From contig JBBTUV010000003.1 in the NCBI GenBank assembly GCA_038063535.1, positions 83,179-147,178 of the forward strand: a stretch of DNA of 64,000 bases, read 5' to 3'. Under the pieces are notes generated by a model, which ran no database searches, was not told the DNA's origin, and saw only the letters and a program-made list of their open reading frames with translations. Origin of the DNA: Patescibacteria group bacterium. Lineage in GTDB: Bacteria > Patescibacteriota > Minisyncoccia > Phycocordibacterales > UBA9973. This document shows, piece by piece, positions 30,373-40,866 of the stretch. The stretch's first letter is position 1; each line of letters starts with the position of its first letter. The position numbers and the translations under genes are program-made.

Positions 30373-31733
30373 AGGGTATAGCCACAATTACATTTTCCGG
30401 AGGCGCTGGGTCGGTGACCGGCTCGAATTTCCTTTTCGAAGCGGACGGAAAGAAAATCCTGGTCGACTGCGGACTGCTGCAGGGAGTCAAGCTCGCTGAC
30501 GATATCAACTGGGAGCCCTTTCCATATGAGCCGAAAGAAGTCGACATTCTTTTTGTCACCCATGCCCATGTGGATCATCTCGGGAGGATCCCGAAACTCC
30601 TAGCCGAAGGCTTTCGAGGGAAAATTTTATCGACGCCGCCCACTCGCGCACTCGCCGGGCCGATGCTCGATGATGCGGCGGGGATACTCCGAGGGAACCC
30701 GCATTTTGCGCTCGAGAAAATTTACACGGAAGAGCGTCTCCGAGAAACACTTTCTCTCTGGCAGTCGGTTGATTATCACGCGCCGATTAAGATCACCGAA
30801 AATCTCTCAGCAACGCTCCTCAATTCCGGCCACATTCTTGGCTCAGCGATGGTGGAATTTATTTTTCACGGGAAAAAGATACTTTTCACAAGCGACTTAG
30901 GGAACAGCCCGTCTCTCCTTCTACCCGATAATGAGCGCGTTACCGACGCAGATTATCTCGTGATCGAGAGCGTCTATGGCGACCGAAACCACGAATCCCA
31001 CGCGGAACGACGGGCAGCGCTTGAAAGGATCATTCAAGAAAACTACACCCGCAAGGGGACGCTCCTTATCCCGGTATTTTCCCTCGAGCGCTCGCAGGAG
31101 CTTCTTTTTGAGCTCAATAACTTAGTCGAAGAAAAAAGAATACCGATCATGCCGATTTTCTTCGATTCGCCGCTCGCTATACGTCTCACTGAGATATTCA
31201 AGCGCTATAAGGATTATTTCAACGACCGAGCCCAGGCGGCGATGGTGCACGATAAGTACCTCTTTGATTTCCCGGGCCTGCATTCGACCCTAAAATCAAG
31301 CGAGTCGAAGATGATAGACGAGGTCCCGAACCCGAAGATCATTATCGCGGGTTCCGGTATGTCCTCGGGCGGACGGATAATTTTTCACGAAAGGAGATTT
31401 TTGCCAGACCCGAACAACACAATACTCCTCGCCGGTTACCAATCAGCCGGCACGCCCGGGCGCCTGATTCAGGAAGGAGTAAGGACGGTACGGATCGGGG
31501 GCGAATTTACGGTGGTACGTGCGCGCGTGGTCACCATTTCGGGGTACTCCGGGCACAAGGATTCGGACGGGTTGCTCGAGTTCGTTGCCGGGATGGAGAA
31601 GCGAGTGAAAAAAGTATTTGTGGTGATGGGAGAGCAGAAATCGGCGATGTATCTCACGCAGAAAATCCGAGACAACTCAAATATCGACGCCTACGCGCCG
31701 GAGCGGGGAGACAAAGTCACGCTTGAGTGCTAA
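30369..31733 (+). CDS. MBL-fold beta-CASP ribonuclease
   Basis: THAHVDHLG, GHILGS, ESVYG, SGMSSGG, YSGH. Confidence 0.92.
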   Translation: MKGIATITFSGGAGSVTGSNFLFEADGKKILVDCGLLQGVKLADDINWEPFPYEPKEVDILFVTHAHVDHLGRIPKLLAEGFRGKILSTPPTRALAGPMLDDAAGILRGNPHFALEKIYTEERLRETLSLWQSVDYHAPIKITENLSATLLNSGHILGSAMVEFIFHGKKILFTSDLGNSPSLLLPDNERVTDADYLVIESVYGDRNHESHAERRAALERIIQENYTRKGTLLIPVFSLERSQELLFELNNLVEEKRIPIMPIFFDSPLAIRLTEIFKRYKDYFNDRAQAAMVHDKYLFDFPGLHSTLKSSESKMIDEVPNPKIIIAGSGMSSGGRIIFHERRFLPDPNNTILLAGYQSAGTPGRLIQEGVRTVRIGGEFTVVRARVVTISGYSGHKDSDGLLEFVAGMEKRVKKVFVVMGEQKSAMYLTQKIRDNSNIDAYAPERGDKVTLEC

Positions 31734-31745
31734 AAACTATTTCGG

Positions 31746-32090
31746 CTACTTCACCTCGGCGAGGACTTTTTTGAAAGTCTCCGGGTGATTCTCGGCAAAA
31801 TCCGCGAGGATCTTCCGGTCAAGCACAATATTTTTTTTCTTGAGGGCGCCGATGAGTTTCGAATATGATACTCCCTGCTCCCGAGCTCCGGCGTTAATCT
31901 TGATGTTCCAGAGTTTTCGGTTGAAGGATTTCTTGTCCCTCCTGTGCGCAAGCGCGTAAGCTCCTGCGTGAAGCAGCGCTTCTTTTGCCTGGCGCTCTTT
32001 CTTCGAGCGGCCGTGGCGGAAGCCTTTCGCTTGTTTTAAAATGCTTCTTCGGCGCTTTAGCGCGTGAACTCCTTTTTTAACGCGTGTCAT
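31746..32090 (-). CDS. rplT: 50S ribosomal protein L20
   Basis: MTRVKKG, LWNIKINA, LDRKILA. Confidence 0.97.
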   Translation of the reverse strand: MTRVKKGVHALKRRRSILKQAKGFRHGRSKKERQAKEALLHAGAYALAHRRDKKSFNRKLWNIKINAGAREQGVSYSKLIGALKKKNIVLDRKILADFAENHPETFKKVLAEVK

Positions 32091-32091
32091 A

Positions 32092-32277
32092 TTAGCTAAA
32101 TGGCAAAAGGTGGCTTCTGGGCTTATTCTTAATTGTAAAACCTTTTCGCTTCCTACCGGAGAGTTGGGTAGTTCTCGATTGTTTCGCGTTGAAATGGTTA
32201 AAACCTGGCTTGCGCGAAAGGATTTTCCCGTTTTTCGTGAGCTTCAATCTTTTGCTGTATGATTTGTTCGTTTTCAT
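32092..32277 (-). CDS. rpmI: 50S ribosomal protein L35
   Basis: MKTNKS..KR...T..GK; position between infC and rplT. Confidence 0.9.
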   Translation of the reverse strand: MKTNKSYSKRLKLTKNGKILSRKPGFNHFNAKQSRTTQLSGRKRKGFTIKNKPRSHLLPFS

Positions 32278-32783
32278 TATTTTGCCTTCTCTATTGTCAT
32301 CGACAGACCCCTCGGGCCTCTTTTGGCCAACTCGGAAACTTTGTAGTCTTCGGCGAGGAGGTGAAGCAATCTCTCGAGCCGCGTATGCAGGAACTTTTCA
32401 TCCAGGTATTTCGCCCGACCGGACAGATATAGTTCAACTTTTATCCGGTGACCTTCCTTGAGCCATTTCGAGGCGGTCCCGGCCTTAAGTGCGAGGTCGT
32501 GGTCCCCGGTGCCGATCTTGATCTGGATAGACTTGGTTTCGGTCGGTTTTGCTCCGGAGCGAGCCTTTTTGAGTTTCTTGCTGGCCTCGTATTGGTATTT
32601 TCCAAATTCCATTATCTTCGCCACAGGTGGGTTTGCATTCGGTGCTATCTCGATGAGGTCGAGGCCCCGTGCCTGCGCTAACTCCAGCGCTTCCTTTATC
32701 GAGAGGACGCCGATACTCTCGTTGTCAGCCCCGAGGACGCGAAGGGAGGAAGCTCTTATTTGATTGTTGATTCTCTCGCGCAA
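32277..32783 (-). CDS. infC: Translation initiation factor IF-3 (TTG start)
   Basis: INNQIR, LDLIEI, PPVAKIMEFGKY. Confidence 0.95.
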   Translation of the reverse strand: MRERINNQIRASSLRVLGADNESIGVLSIKEALELAQARGLDLIEIAPNANPPVAKIMEFGKYQYEASKKLKKARSGAKPTETKSIQIKIGTGDHDLALKAGTASKWLKEGHRIKVELYLSGRAKYLDEKFLHTRLERLLHLLAEDYKVSELAKRGPRGLSMTIEKAK

Positions 32784-32899
32784 ATGTATCTCAAAATATG
32801 AGGCTCCACGGATTTTAGCCTACTTAGCCCCCAAAGTCAATAAATACATCAATTATTGTAATTTAGCCATAAACCTGCCAAAATTAAAGAAATTAATTT

Positions 32900-34237
32900 A
32901 TGCTTAACGATTCAATTTTCAAGGCCTACGATGTTCGAGGCGTTTACCCCACCGATTTAAACGAGGAAACAGCTTATCTAATAGGGAGGGCATTTGGTGC
33001 GTACGCAAAAGCGGAAAAAATGGTGGTCGGTTGTGACGCCCGACTTTCTTCCCCCCAATTACTGAAAAGTCTTACCGCAGGGATAAATTCACAAAGCATT
33101 TCAGTTATTGATATCGGGTTGTGTCCCGTTGAATTGATTTATTTTGCAGTAGCAAGTAATGATTTTGATGCCGGAATAATGATAACTGCTAGCCATAATC
33201 CTAAACAATATAATGGCTTTAAGATGGTTGTGAAGGTGGGCAGTGACGTAAGTATTATTCCCGGGAGAGAACTTCTGCCCCATGTAGAAGAAATCAAAGA
33301 AATTACTGAAACCTCTAGTAAGAAGTTATCTGATATTAATTTTCAAGATGAGTATCAGAAATATATTTTAAAATTTTGCAATTTAAAGGATATCAAGAAA
33401 TTCAAAATAGTTATCGATGCTTCTAATGGCGTAGCAGGTAGAACCATTTCTTTGCTGGAGTCCCAACTTCCTGCTGATATCATTAAATTGAATTTTGATC
33501 CTGATGGCAACTTTCCCAATCACTCCCCGAACCCGCTTGAATTAAACGCGAGAGATCAAATAACAGAAGCCGTAAAGGAAAATAAGGCAGATTTTGGATT
33601 AATATTTGATGCGGACGGGGATAGAATATTTCTGATCGATGAATTGGGCAATTTTGTACCTGCGGATATCACTCTTCTTTTTTTAGCCAGACATTTTTTA
33701 AAGGGAGCAAAGAGCGCGCCTATCATTTACAACCTTATTTGCTCTAGGGCGGTGCCACAATTTATAAGAAAATGGGGTGGTAAAGCAGTACGAACGGCGG
33801 TGGGGTTTGTAAACGTTCAAAAAGAATTAAAAAAAAGTGGCGGCGCAATGGGCGGTGAACTCTCGGGTCATTATTGCTTCCGTGATTTTTTTAACATGGA
33901 TTCAGGCATTTTCCCGTTCTTAATCCTGTTAGAGGTTTTTTCCAAGGACAACCGAAATATTTCAGAAATGGTTAAAGAACTCAGTTTGTACTCCAAAGTT
34001 GCAGTAAATTTTGAGGTGAGCGACAAAGAAAAAATCTTGGAAAAATTAAAAAAAGAATATGCAGACGGTCAGCAAGATTTTTTGGACGGTATAACTATAG
34101 AATACTCTAATTGGTGGTTTAATGTCCGACCTTCCAACACTGAGCCAATCTTGCGTTTAACCATCGAAGCTGATACGCAAAATTTATTGAGTGAAAAGAC
34201 AAAAGAGATAGAGGAATTTATAAACGTAAATAAATAA
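32900..34237 (+). CDS. Phosphomannomutase/phosphoglucomutase
   Basis: FKAYDVRG, ITASHNP, FDADGDR, GELSGH, RPSNTEP. Confidence 0.93.
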   Translation: MLNDSIFKAYDVRGVYPTDLNEETAYLIGRAFGAYAKAEKMVVGCDARLSSPQLLKSLTAGINSQSISVIDIGLCPVELIYFAVASNDFDAGIMITASHNPKQYNGFKMVVKVGSDVSIIPGRELLPHVEEIKEITETSSKKLSDINFQDEYQKYILKFCNLKDIKKFKIVIDASNGVAGRTISLLESQLPADIIKLNFDPDGNFPNHSPNPLELNARDQITEAVKENKADFGLIFDADGDRIFLIDELGNFVPADITLLFLARHFLKGAKSAPIIYNLICSRAVPQFIRKWGGKAVRTAVGFVNVQKELKKSGGAMGGELSGHYCFRDFFNMDSGIFPFLILLEVFSKDNRNISEMVKELSLYSKVAVNFEVSDKEKILEKLKKEYADGQQDFLDGITIEYSNWWFNVRPSNTEPILRLTIEADTQNLLSEKTKEIEEFINVNK

Positions 34238-34241
34238 TCTG

Positions 34242-34682
34242 ATGGCAAATTATGCAGAAAACAGAAAAGCGCACTTCAATTACGAAATGCTCGAGCGCTA
34301 CGAAGCGGGCGTCGAGCTCCTCGGCACGGAAGTAAAATCCGTCCGCGGGGGCAGAATGTCGCTCGAGGGTTCTTTCGTCATCCTGCGGGGCGGGGAAGCG
34401 TTCCTCATTAACGCGAACATTCCTCCTTATCAGCCGAACAATTCGCCGAAAGATTATGAGCCGCTTCGCGCGCGTCGGCTCCTGCTTACAAAAAAGGAAA
34501 GAGATGAGCTCGCCAAAAGCGAAAAAACAAATTTGACAATCGTGCCCTTAAAAGTGTACAATAAAGGGAAGAAAATCAAACTCGAGATCGCATTGGCCAA
34601 GGGCAAGAAAAAACACGACAAACGCGAAACTATAAAGCAGCGCGAGACCGAGCGTGATATAAGAAGAACTTTGAAAGGTTAG
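34242..34682 (+). CDS. smpB: SsrA-binding protein
   Basis: NRKA, GTEVKSVR, GKKKHDKRE. Confidence 0.97.
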   Translation: MANYAENRKAHFNYEMLERYEAGVELLGTEVKSVRGGRMSLEGSFVILRGGEAFLINANIPPYQPNNSPKDYEPLRARRLLLTKKERDELAKSEKTNLTIVPLKVYNKGKKIKLEIALAKGKKKHDKRETIKQRETERDIRRTLKG

Positions 34683-34688
34683 AATTAT

Positions 34689-35061
34689 GGGGATGCAAGG
34701 CATAGACAGAGGGCCGGCTACCTAGATGCATGTCGAGACGGCGGAGCTCGTAAAACACGCCAAAATGTTAATTGCAAAATTGACTTCAAAGCAATCGCCT
34801 TACTTCGGTAATGCGTTTGCTCCGGTTTTCGCGTAAGCCAAGACCGGTGTTCTCTCCATAGACTTCCGATATATGGAAAGGGCATAAAATTATCGGGATA
34901 GTTCCTGCGAGCGTTTCGGCGCTGGAGCAAAACTAAGAAACTCGGTCGGGAAATATTTGGCGCGTTTAAGAATTTTCCGGTCTAAAACAAAAAAGCGCGC
35001 TACACATGTAGACTTTTAGTCAGCAGCTTTCTGCACGGGGGCTCGATTCCCCCCATCTCCA
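34689..35061 (+). ncRNA. ssrA: tmRNA
   Basis: Acceptor GGGGATG/CATCTCC-A with G3-U pair, T-arm GGGGG-CTCGATT-CCCCC, tag frame 34774-34836 AKLTSKQSPYFGNAFAPVFA*; immediately follows smpB. Confidence 0.93.
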
Positions 35062-35092
35062 CAAAACGGATTTATTATGATAACCTTAAGCG

Positions 35093-37027
35093 ATGGATTT
35101 TAATTTTTTGAATCAAAAGGACGAGAAAGAGGCGCCCGGCAAAGGGATGAAGCAAAAAACTCCCCCGAAGTTTGGCGGGAGCTTCGCGGGCACCATCCTC
35201 ATCTTTATGCTTATCTCCGCGCTCTACCTTGCTCTCTCAGGAGTGCCTGACACCACTGCCGAGGTTTCTATCTCTGAGCTTGCCAAGAATATTTCCGCCG
35301 GAGAGGTGAAGAAAATCTCAATAGAGGGGGATAACCTGAACGTCACCTACATGAATGACGAGGTAAAGAGATCGAAAAAGGAAGTGAACTCTCCGCTTTC
35401 CGAGACGCTCAAAAATTACGGTGTCACGCCTGAAGCGCTTTCCGCCACCGAGATCGAGGTGAAGAAGGAAAGCGGATTTTTCTACTGGCTAGTGAATATC
35501 CTGCCGATACTTATCCCTATTATCTTTATTCTTATCTTCTTCTGGTACATCTCGCGGCAGATGCGCGGCGCGGGCATCCAGGCTCTTTCCTTCGGCCAAT
35601 CCAAAGCCCGTATCACCGACCCGTCCGATAAATCAAACCGTGTAACGTTCAAAGACGTGGCCGGGGTCAAAGAAGCCAAAGAAGAGCTCAAAGAAATTGT
35701 GGAATTCCTGCGCAGCCCCAAAAAATTTCTGGATATCGGAGCAAGGATCCCCAAAGGCGTGATTCTCACCGGTGCCCCGGGTACGGGCAAGACCTTGCTT
35801 GCGCGCGCGGTTGCGGGGGAGGCAAGCGTTCCTTTCTTCCACCTCTCCGGCTCGGAGTTCGTCGAGATGTTCGTGGGTGTCGGTGCTTCCCGCGTGCGTG
35901 ACCTTTTCAAGATGGCCAAGAAAGCCGCGCCAGCCATTATTTTCGTCGACGAGATCGACGCCATCGGCCGCACCCGCGGCGGAGGATTCGGCGGAGGCAA
36001 CGACGAGCGCGAGCAGACCCTAAACCAGATCCTGGTGGAGATGGATGGTTTTGAGCCCAACGAAAAGGTGATCGTCATGGCCGCCACCAACCGGCCGGAC
36101 GTGCTTGACCCGGCGCTGGTGCGGCCCGGGCGCTTTGACAGAAAAGTGCTTCTCGACATGCCCGACCGCAACGACCGCGAAGAGATTTTAAAAATTCATG
36201 CGCAAAAGAAGCCGCTCGCCGAAGATATCAACCTGCGCCTCATTGCCGAGCGCACCCCGGGATTCTCCGGGGCGGATCTCTATTCGCTTATGAACGAAGG
36301 GGCGATACTGGCCGCACGCGAGAACAGAAAGAAAGTCTCGCAATTCGACCTGATCCGCGCCATCGAGAAAGTCATGCTCGGGCCGGAGCGGAAGAGCCAC
36401 CTTCTCTCCTCGAAAGAAAAAGAGATCACTGCTTATCATGAAGCCGGGCATGCGCTAGTTGCCTCCGTTCTGCCTTATGCCGACCCGGTTCATAAAGTTT
36501 CGATTATCGCTCGCGGTTCGGCCGGTGGCTACACATTGAAACTTCCCATCGAAGAGCGACGTTTACAAAGCAAAAAAGAATTCCTTGACGACATCGCTAT
36601 GTCCTTGGGGGGATACGCGGCCGAACAGATGATCTTCGGGGACATCACCACCGGGCCCTCAAGCGACCTGCAGGTTGCAACCAACTTGGCAAGGGCCATG
36701 GTCACCCGCTTCGGCATGTCCGAAACACTGGGGCCGATTGCGCTTGTGGACGGCGAAGCGAAGATTCGCTTCGGGGAATTCGCAGAGAAGGAATATTCAG
36801 AGAAAGTCGGCGCAGAGATCGATAAAGAAGTTTCGAAAATAATAAATGACGGCATCAAACGCGCCGAGCGCGCGCTCAAAGAGCACAAGGCCGCCTTCAA
36901 GGCAATTGCGGAGAAACTGATCGAAGTGGAAACTCTAGAGCAAGAAGAATTTGAGAAACTCCTGATCGCCCACGGCATCGAGCCGAAGAAAAAAGAAGTG
37001 CCGGCGTCCTTGAATCTGGTCGCCTAG
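35093..37027 (+). CDS. ftsH: ATP-dependent zinc metalloprotease FtsH
   Basis: Two TM helices, [20 protein letters not shown]. Confidence 0.98.
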   Translation: MDFNFLNQKDEKEAPGKGMKQKTPPKFGGSFAGTILIFMLISALYLALSGVPDTTAEVSISELAKNISAGEVKKISIEGDNLNVTYMNDEVKRSKKEVNSPLSETLKNYGVTPEALSATEIEVKKESGFFYWLVNILPILIPIIFILIFFWYISRQMRGAGIQALSFGQSKARITDPSDKSNRVTFKDVAGVKEAKEELKEIVEFLRSPKKFLDIGARIPKGVILTGAPGTGKTLLARAVAGEASVPFFHLSGSEFVEMFVGVGASRVRDLFKMAKKAAPAIIFVDEIDAIGRTRGGGFGGGNDEREQTLNQILVEMDGFEPNEKVIVMAATNRPDVLDPALVRPGRFDRKVLLDMPDRNDREEILKIHAQKKPLAEDINLRLIAERTPGFSGADLYSLMNEGAILAARENRKKVSQFDLIRAIEKVMLGPERKSHLLSSKEKEITAYHEAGHALVASVLPYADPVHKVSIIARGSAGGYTLKLPIEERRLQSKKEFLDDIAMSLGGYAAEQMIFGDITTGPSSDLQVATNLARAMVTRFGMSETLGPIALVDGEAKIRFGEFAEKEYSEKVGAEIDKEVSKIINDGIKRAERALKEHKAAFKAIAEKLIEVETLEQEEFEKLLIAHGIEPKKKEVPASLNLVA

Positions 37028-37046
37028 CGTTGTAGGATATCCCTAT

Positions 37047-37120
37047 CCGCCCTTAGCTCAGCTGGTTAGAGCACAGAGCTTATACCTCTGGGGTCCTTGG
37101 TTCGAGTCCAAGAGGGCGGA
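37047..37120 (+). tRNA. tRNA-Ile (anticodon UAU), CCA not encoded
   Basis: Cloverleaf CCGCCCT/AGGGCGG, CAGAG-CT TAT AC-CTCTG, CTTGG-TTCGAGT-CCAAG. Confidence 0.93.
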
Positions 37121-37124
37121 CTTT

Positions 37125-37616
37125 TTACGCAAGCCAGGGATATTTCTGGACGAGCGGCGTTCGCCACCACTGGTTGCCCAGGCCGAAATATTTGCCCGGG
37201 GTGGACCAGGCGAGGGCGAGCATGATGAAGAAGTTCACGAAGTGATCATCAATGAACGGGTGATGCTCGGGCGGGATAAGCGCGAGGTACATGAGAAAGT
37301 ACATAAGCGCCCCCACGTATGCCCCGAGCCGAGCCATGATGCCAAGCGTAAGCGTTATTCCGACGAAAAGGAGTCCCAGCATAAAGAGCCAATCCACTAA
37401 TCCCGACCCGGCCAGGGAGTTGAAGAAACCAGTAAAGGGCCCATGCACGCCGAAGCTTAAGAATCCGGTAGTGGGCGAGCCGCCGGAGAGCCAGGCACCC
37501 TCCGGTGCCGTTGCGAACCCAAGCCCCCAAACTTTATCCACAAACGCCCAGAGGAATACGAGCCCCATCGAGAGGCGCAATACTCCTAGCGCCGCCTTGA
37601 ATTTATTTGAATCCAT
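37125..37616 (-). CDS. DoxX/DoxD-like membrane protein
   Basis: LRLSMGLVFLWAFVDK, SPTTGFL, HPFIDDH. Confidence 0.8.
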   Translation of the reverse strand: MDSNKFKAALGVLRLSMGLVFLWAFVDKVWGLGFATAPEGAWLSGGSPTTGFLSFGVHGPFTGFFNSLAGSGLVDWLFMLGLLFVGITLTLGIMARLGAYVGALMYFLMYLALIPPEHHPFIDDHFVNFFIMLALAWSTPGKYFGLGNQWWRTPLVQKYPWLA

Positions 37617-37619
37617 TTT

Positions 37620-38000
37620 TTAGCGAAACCACTCTCGCAAACTCTTCGGCCAACCGAGCATCATAAGTAGCGCAAGCGGTGCCCCCCAGTTTGCGGAGCG
37701 TTCCACGAAGTCCCAGATCGGCTCTCCGACAAGCGGGCGCACTAAAGCTGTCCAAAATCCCCAGAGCGCGGCCCAGAGCAGCACTATTCGAATCGGTTTT
37801 AGTAAAACGATTATCGCAACCAGCACATCCACTACACCGACCAGCGTAAGTAGGGTAGTGGCCGTTGCCACGTCTGTCCCGGTAAGCTGCTGGATCCAGG
37901 ATATCCACGACGCCTTCCCCTGGAAGGCAAAAATGCCGTGGCCCAGGAATTCTCCGGCCACCGCGATCCTCAAAACCCACTCGATTTTTTTATTATCCAT
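37620..38000 (-). CDS. DoxX-like membrane protein
   Basis: LRIAVAGEFLGHG, WGFWTALVRP, FVERSANW. Confidence 0.7.
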   Translation of the reverse strand: MDNKKIEWVLRIAVAGEFLGHGIFAFQGKASWISWIQQLTGTDVATATTLLTLVGVVDVLVAIIVLLKPIRIVLLWAALWGFWTALVRPLVGEPIWDFVERSANWGAPLALLMMLGWPKSLREWFR

Positions 38001-38078
38001 GTTCTAAAAAGTTATCCACAAATATGAGGGGACTAGCCTCATGTATAATGGTTGCATAGTTTCGAAACCTTGCAACTT

Positions 38079-38618
38079 ATGGATGTTTATAAAAAAAACT
38101 GGCTAAAGTTTGTTCTCGCAATAATTGCCTGCTTTCTGATTAGAATTATACCATTTCGTCCACCGAATGTGGAACCGATTCTTGCAACCCAGATGCCTTT
38201 TAGTAAGGTCTACGGAGCTTACGTGGGCTTTATATTTGCATTTTTGAGTATTATCTTGTTCGATCTGGCGACCAGCACCTTTGGAGTATGGAGTTTCCTT
38301 ACTTCGACCACCTATGGAGTTCTGGGAATCGCTGGAGCCTACTATCTTAGGAACCGTAAAGCTAACTCTTGGAATTTTGCCAAGTTTGCAATAGTCGGGA
38401 CGCTTTTCTTCGATGCCGTAACCGGCCTCTCTATCGGGCCCCTCTTTTTTAGTCAGCCCTTCTCCGAAGCATTTTTCGGGCAGATCCCGTTCACTCTTTG
38501 GCACCTCCTCGGCAACGTTTCCTTCGCGCTTGTTCTCTCACCAGCCATCTATCGCTATGTAGTTGAGAATAAAAAATTAGAGATATATGCCAAAAGCGAA
38601 AAAATATTTACAACTTAA
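38079..38618 (+). CDS. ECF transporter S-component, probably cobalamin-specific (CbrT/BtuM-like)
   Basis: About 6 TM helices, PNVEP loop, IPF..H..GN; overlaps nrdJ start. Confidence 0.7.
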   Translation: MDVYKKNWLKFVLAIIACFLIRIIPFRPPNVEPILATQMPFSKVYGAYVGFIFAFLSIILFDLATSTFGVWSFLTSTTYGVLGIAGAYYLRNRKANSWNFAKFAIVGTLFFDAVTGLSIGPLFFSQPFSEAFFGQIPFTLWHLLGNVSFALVLSPAIYRYVVENKKLEIYAKSEKIFTT

Positions 38619-40860
38619 AAAAATTCAGAAACGCGACGGCATGATCGTGCCTTTTGACGAGCGCAGGATCGAGCGTGCGGTTTTCCGCGCGATGAACGCC
38701 GCTGGAGAGGGAGGGGAAAAAGAAGCAGAAGCGGCGATGTATAAGGTTTTAGACGCCCTGCTTGTTCTTAAAGAAGAGGAAAAAAATAAGAACTTTATTC
38801 CTTCGGTTGAAAAGATCCAAGATGTGGTGGAGAACGAGTTGATTGCTGCCAATTTTATTCAAACCGCGAAGGCCTACATTTTATATCGCAAGGAGCGCTC
38901 AATCGTGAGGCAGAAAGTCGGTTTTGTCCCGGAGAAAGTGAAAGAGTTGGTGGCTCTAAGCAGAAAATATTTCCGCAACCCTCTGGCAGAGTTTGTTTAC
39001 TATCGCACTTATTCGCGCTGGATTCCGGACGAGGGCCGGCGAGAGACCTGGATCGAGACCGTGAGTCGCTATATGGATTTTATGCGGGAGAGTTTAAACT
39101 CGAAGCTAACTGAGGCGGAATATGGGGAAATCCGGGAGGCGATTTTAAACCAGGAAACGATGCCTTCGATGCGACTCCTCCAATTTGCCGGCCGGGCCGC
39201 TCGTCGGACCAATGTTTGCGCCTATAATTGTTCCTTTATCGCGCCGCGCACTTTTCAGGATTTTGCCGAGATCATGTATATCTCCATGTGTGGCACTGGA
39301 GTTGGTTGGTCGGTGGAAAGTGAAAATATCCAGTCGTTGCCACAGATAAAAAAACAAACTGGCAAAGTTTTGCCCCCCTATATCATCCCAGACAGCAAAG
39401 AAGGCTGGGCGGACGCTTTCGCCTTCGGACTTAAGACCTGGTTTTCCGGAAGTGACGTTACCTTCGACTATTCGCTCATCCGCCCGGCTGGCTCGATTTT
39501 AAAGACGATGGGCGGAAAAAGTTCCGGACCGGAACCGCTCCGGGCGCTGCTTGAATTTTCCCGGGAGCGAATTTTGCGGAGGCAGGGCCGCCGCTTGTCC
39601 AATTTGGATGCGCATGACATCATCTGTAAAATCGGAGAGTGCGTGGTCGCGGGCGGCGTAAGGAGGAGCGCGATGATCTCGCTCTCCGATCTTGATGATG
39701 AAGCAATTCGCGATTCGAAAAAAGGACAATTCTACACAACCGAAGCGCAAAGAATGCTCGCCAATAACTCCGCGGTTTATTCCTCAAAGCCAACCGCCGC
39801 CGAATTCTTGGACGAGTGGGTCGCGCTGGCAAAGTCCGGGTCCGGCGAGAGAGGAATTTTTAATCGCGGTAATCTCTCGAAAACTCTTCCTCCGAGACGT
39901 CTCGCGCAGTGGAAAGACGGGAAATATCCGAGCTGGGGGACCAACCCCTGCGGGGAAATCGTGCTGCAATCGAAGCAATTCTGTAACTTGAGCGAAATTA
40001 TTGCCCGCTCGAATGACACTGAAGAAACCTTGATAAAAAAAATAAGAATCGCCACGATTTTGGGAACTTACCAGGCAACCCTCACCTACTTCCCGTATCT
40101 ATCAGCAGAGTGGAAGAAAAACTGCGAAAAGGAACGTTTACTCGGTGTTTCAATAACCGGCCAATGGGACTCCAAAGCGGTCCGGCATCCGAAAACTCTC
40201 CTGCGTCTACGACAAGTCGCTATTGAAACCAATAAAAAATACGCTAAACGCTTTGGTATTAGTCCGTCCACTTGCATCACTTGCGTGAAGCCTTCTGGAA
40301 ACCTTTCACAGACGGTCAATTCCTCCTCCGGCATGCATCCGCGGCACTCAGAGTATTATATTCGCCGTGTTCGGATTTCGACGACTGATGCTTTGTTTAA
40401 GATGCTTAAAGACCAAGGGGTGCCGTATTTTCCCGAGGTTGGCCAGACCAAAGAAGAAGCGACAACATATGTGTTGGAGTTTCCGGTGAAATCTCCCGAA
40501 GGCGCGATTTTCCGCGACGACTTGACCGCACTAGAGCAGCTTGAACACTGGAAGATCGTGAAAGAAAATTACACAGAGCATAACCCTTCGGTTACGATCT
40601 CGGTCGGTGAGGATGAATGGTTGGCAGTTGGCAACTGGGTTTACGAAAATTGGGACATCGTCGGAGGACTTTCCTTTCTTCCTCGCGAGAACCACGTTTA
40701 TCAGCTCGCTCCTTACGAAGCGATATCAAAGGAGAAGTACGAGGAGATGCTCTCCCATGTAAAAGACCTCGATTTTTCCAAGATCGTGACCTACGAGAAG
40801 GTCGACGAGACGGAAGTAAAAAAAGAATTAGCCTGCGTGGCGGGGGTTTGCGAAGTTTAA
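38587..40860 (+). CDS. nrdJ: Adenosylcobalamin-dependent (class II) ribonucleotide reductase with N-terminal ATP cone
   Basis: IQKRDG ATP cone, RTYSR, AYNC, TNPCGEI, TCVKPSG, C-terminal CVAGVC; no R2 gene adjacent. Confidence 0.92.
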   Translation: MPKAKKYLQLKKIQKRDGMIVPFDERRIERAVFRAMNAAGEGGEKEAEAAMYKVLDALLVLKEEEKNKNFIPSVEKIQDVVENELIAANFIQTAKAYILYRKERSIVRQKVGFVPEKVKELVALSRKYFRNPLAEFVYYRTYSRWIPDEGRRETWIETVSRYMDFMRESLNSKLTEAEYGEIREAILNQETMPSMRLLQFAGRAARRTNVCAYNCSFIAPRTFQDFAEIMYISMCGTGVGWSVESENIQSLPQIKKQTGKVLPPYIIPDSKEGWADAFAFGLKTWFSGSDVTFDYSLIRPAGSILKTMGGKSSGPEPLRALLEFSRERILRRQGRRLSNLDAHDIICKIGECVVAGGVRRSAMISLSDLDDEAIRDSKKGQFYTTEAQRMLANNSAVYSSKPTAAEFLDEWVALAKSGSGERGIFNRGNLSKTLPPRRLAQWKDGKYPSWGTNPCGEIVLQSKQFCNLSEIIARSNDTEETLIKKIRIATILGTYQATLTYFPYLSAEWKKNCEKERLLGVSITGQWDSKAVRHPKTLLRLRQVAIETNKKYAKRFGISPSTCITCVKPSGNLSQTVNSSSGMHPRHSEYYIRRVRISTTDALFKMLKDQGVPYFPEVGQTKEEATTYVLEFPVKSPEGAIFRDDLTALEQLEHWKIVKENYTEHNPSVTISVGEDEWLAVGNWVYENWDIVGGLSFLPRENHVYQLAPYEAISKEKYEEMLSHVKDLDFSKIVTYEKVDETEVKKELACVAGVCEV

Positions 40861-40866
40861 ATTACC

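Noticed and set aside
34718-34930. 70-aa minus-strand ORF
   Set aside because: Lies within the tmRNA gene
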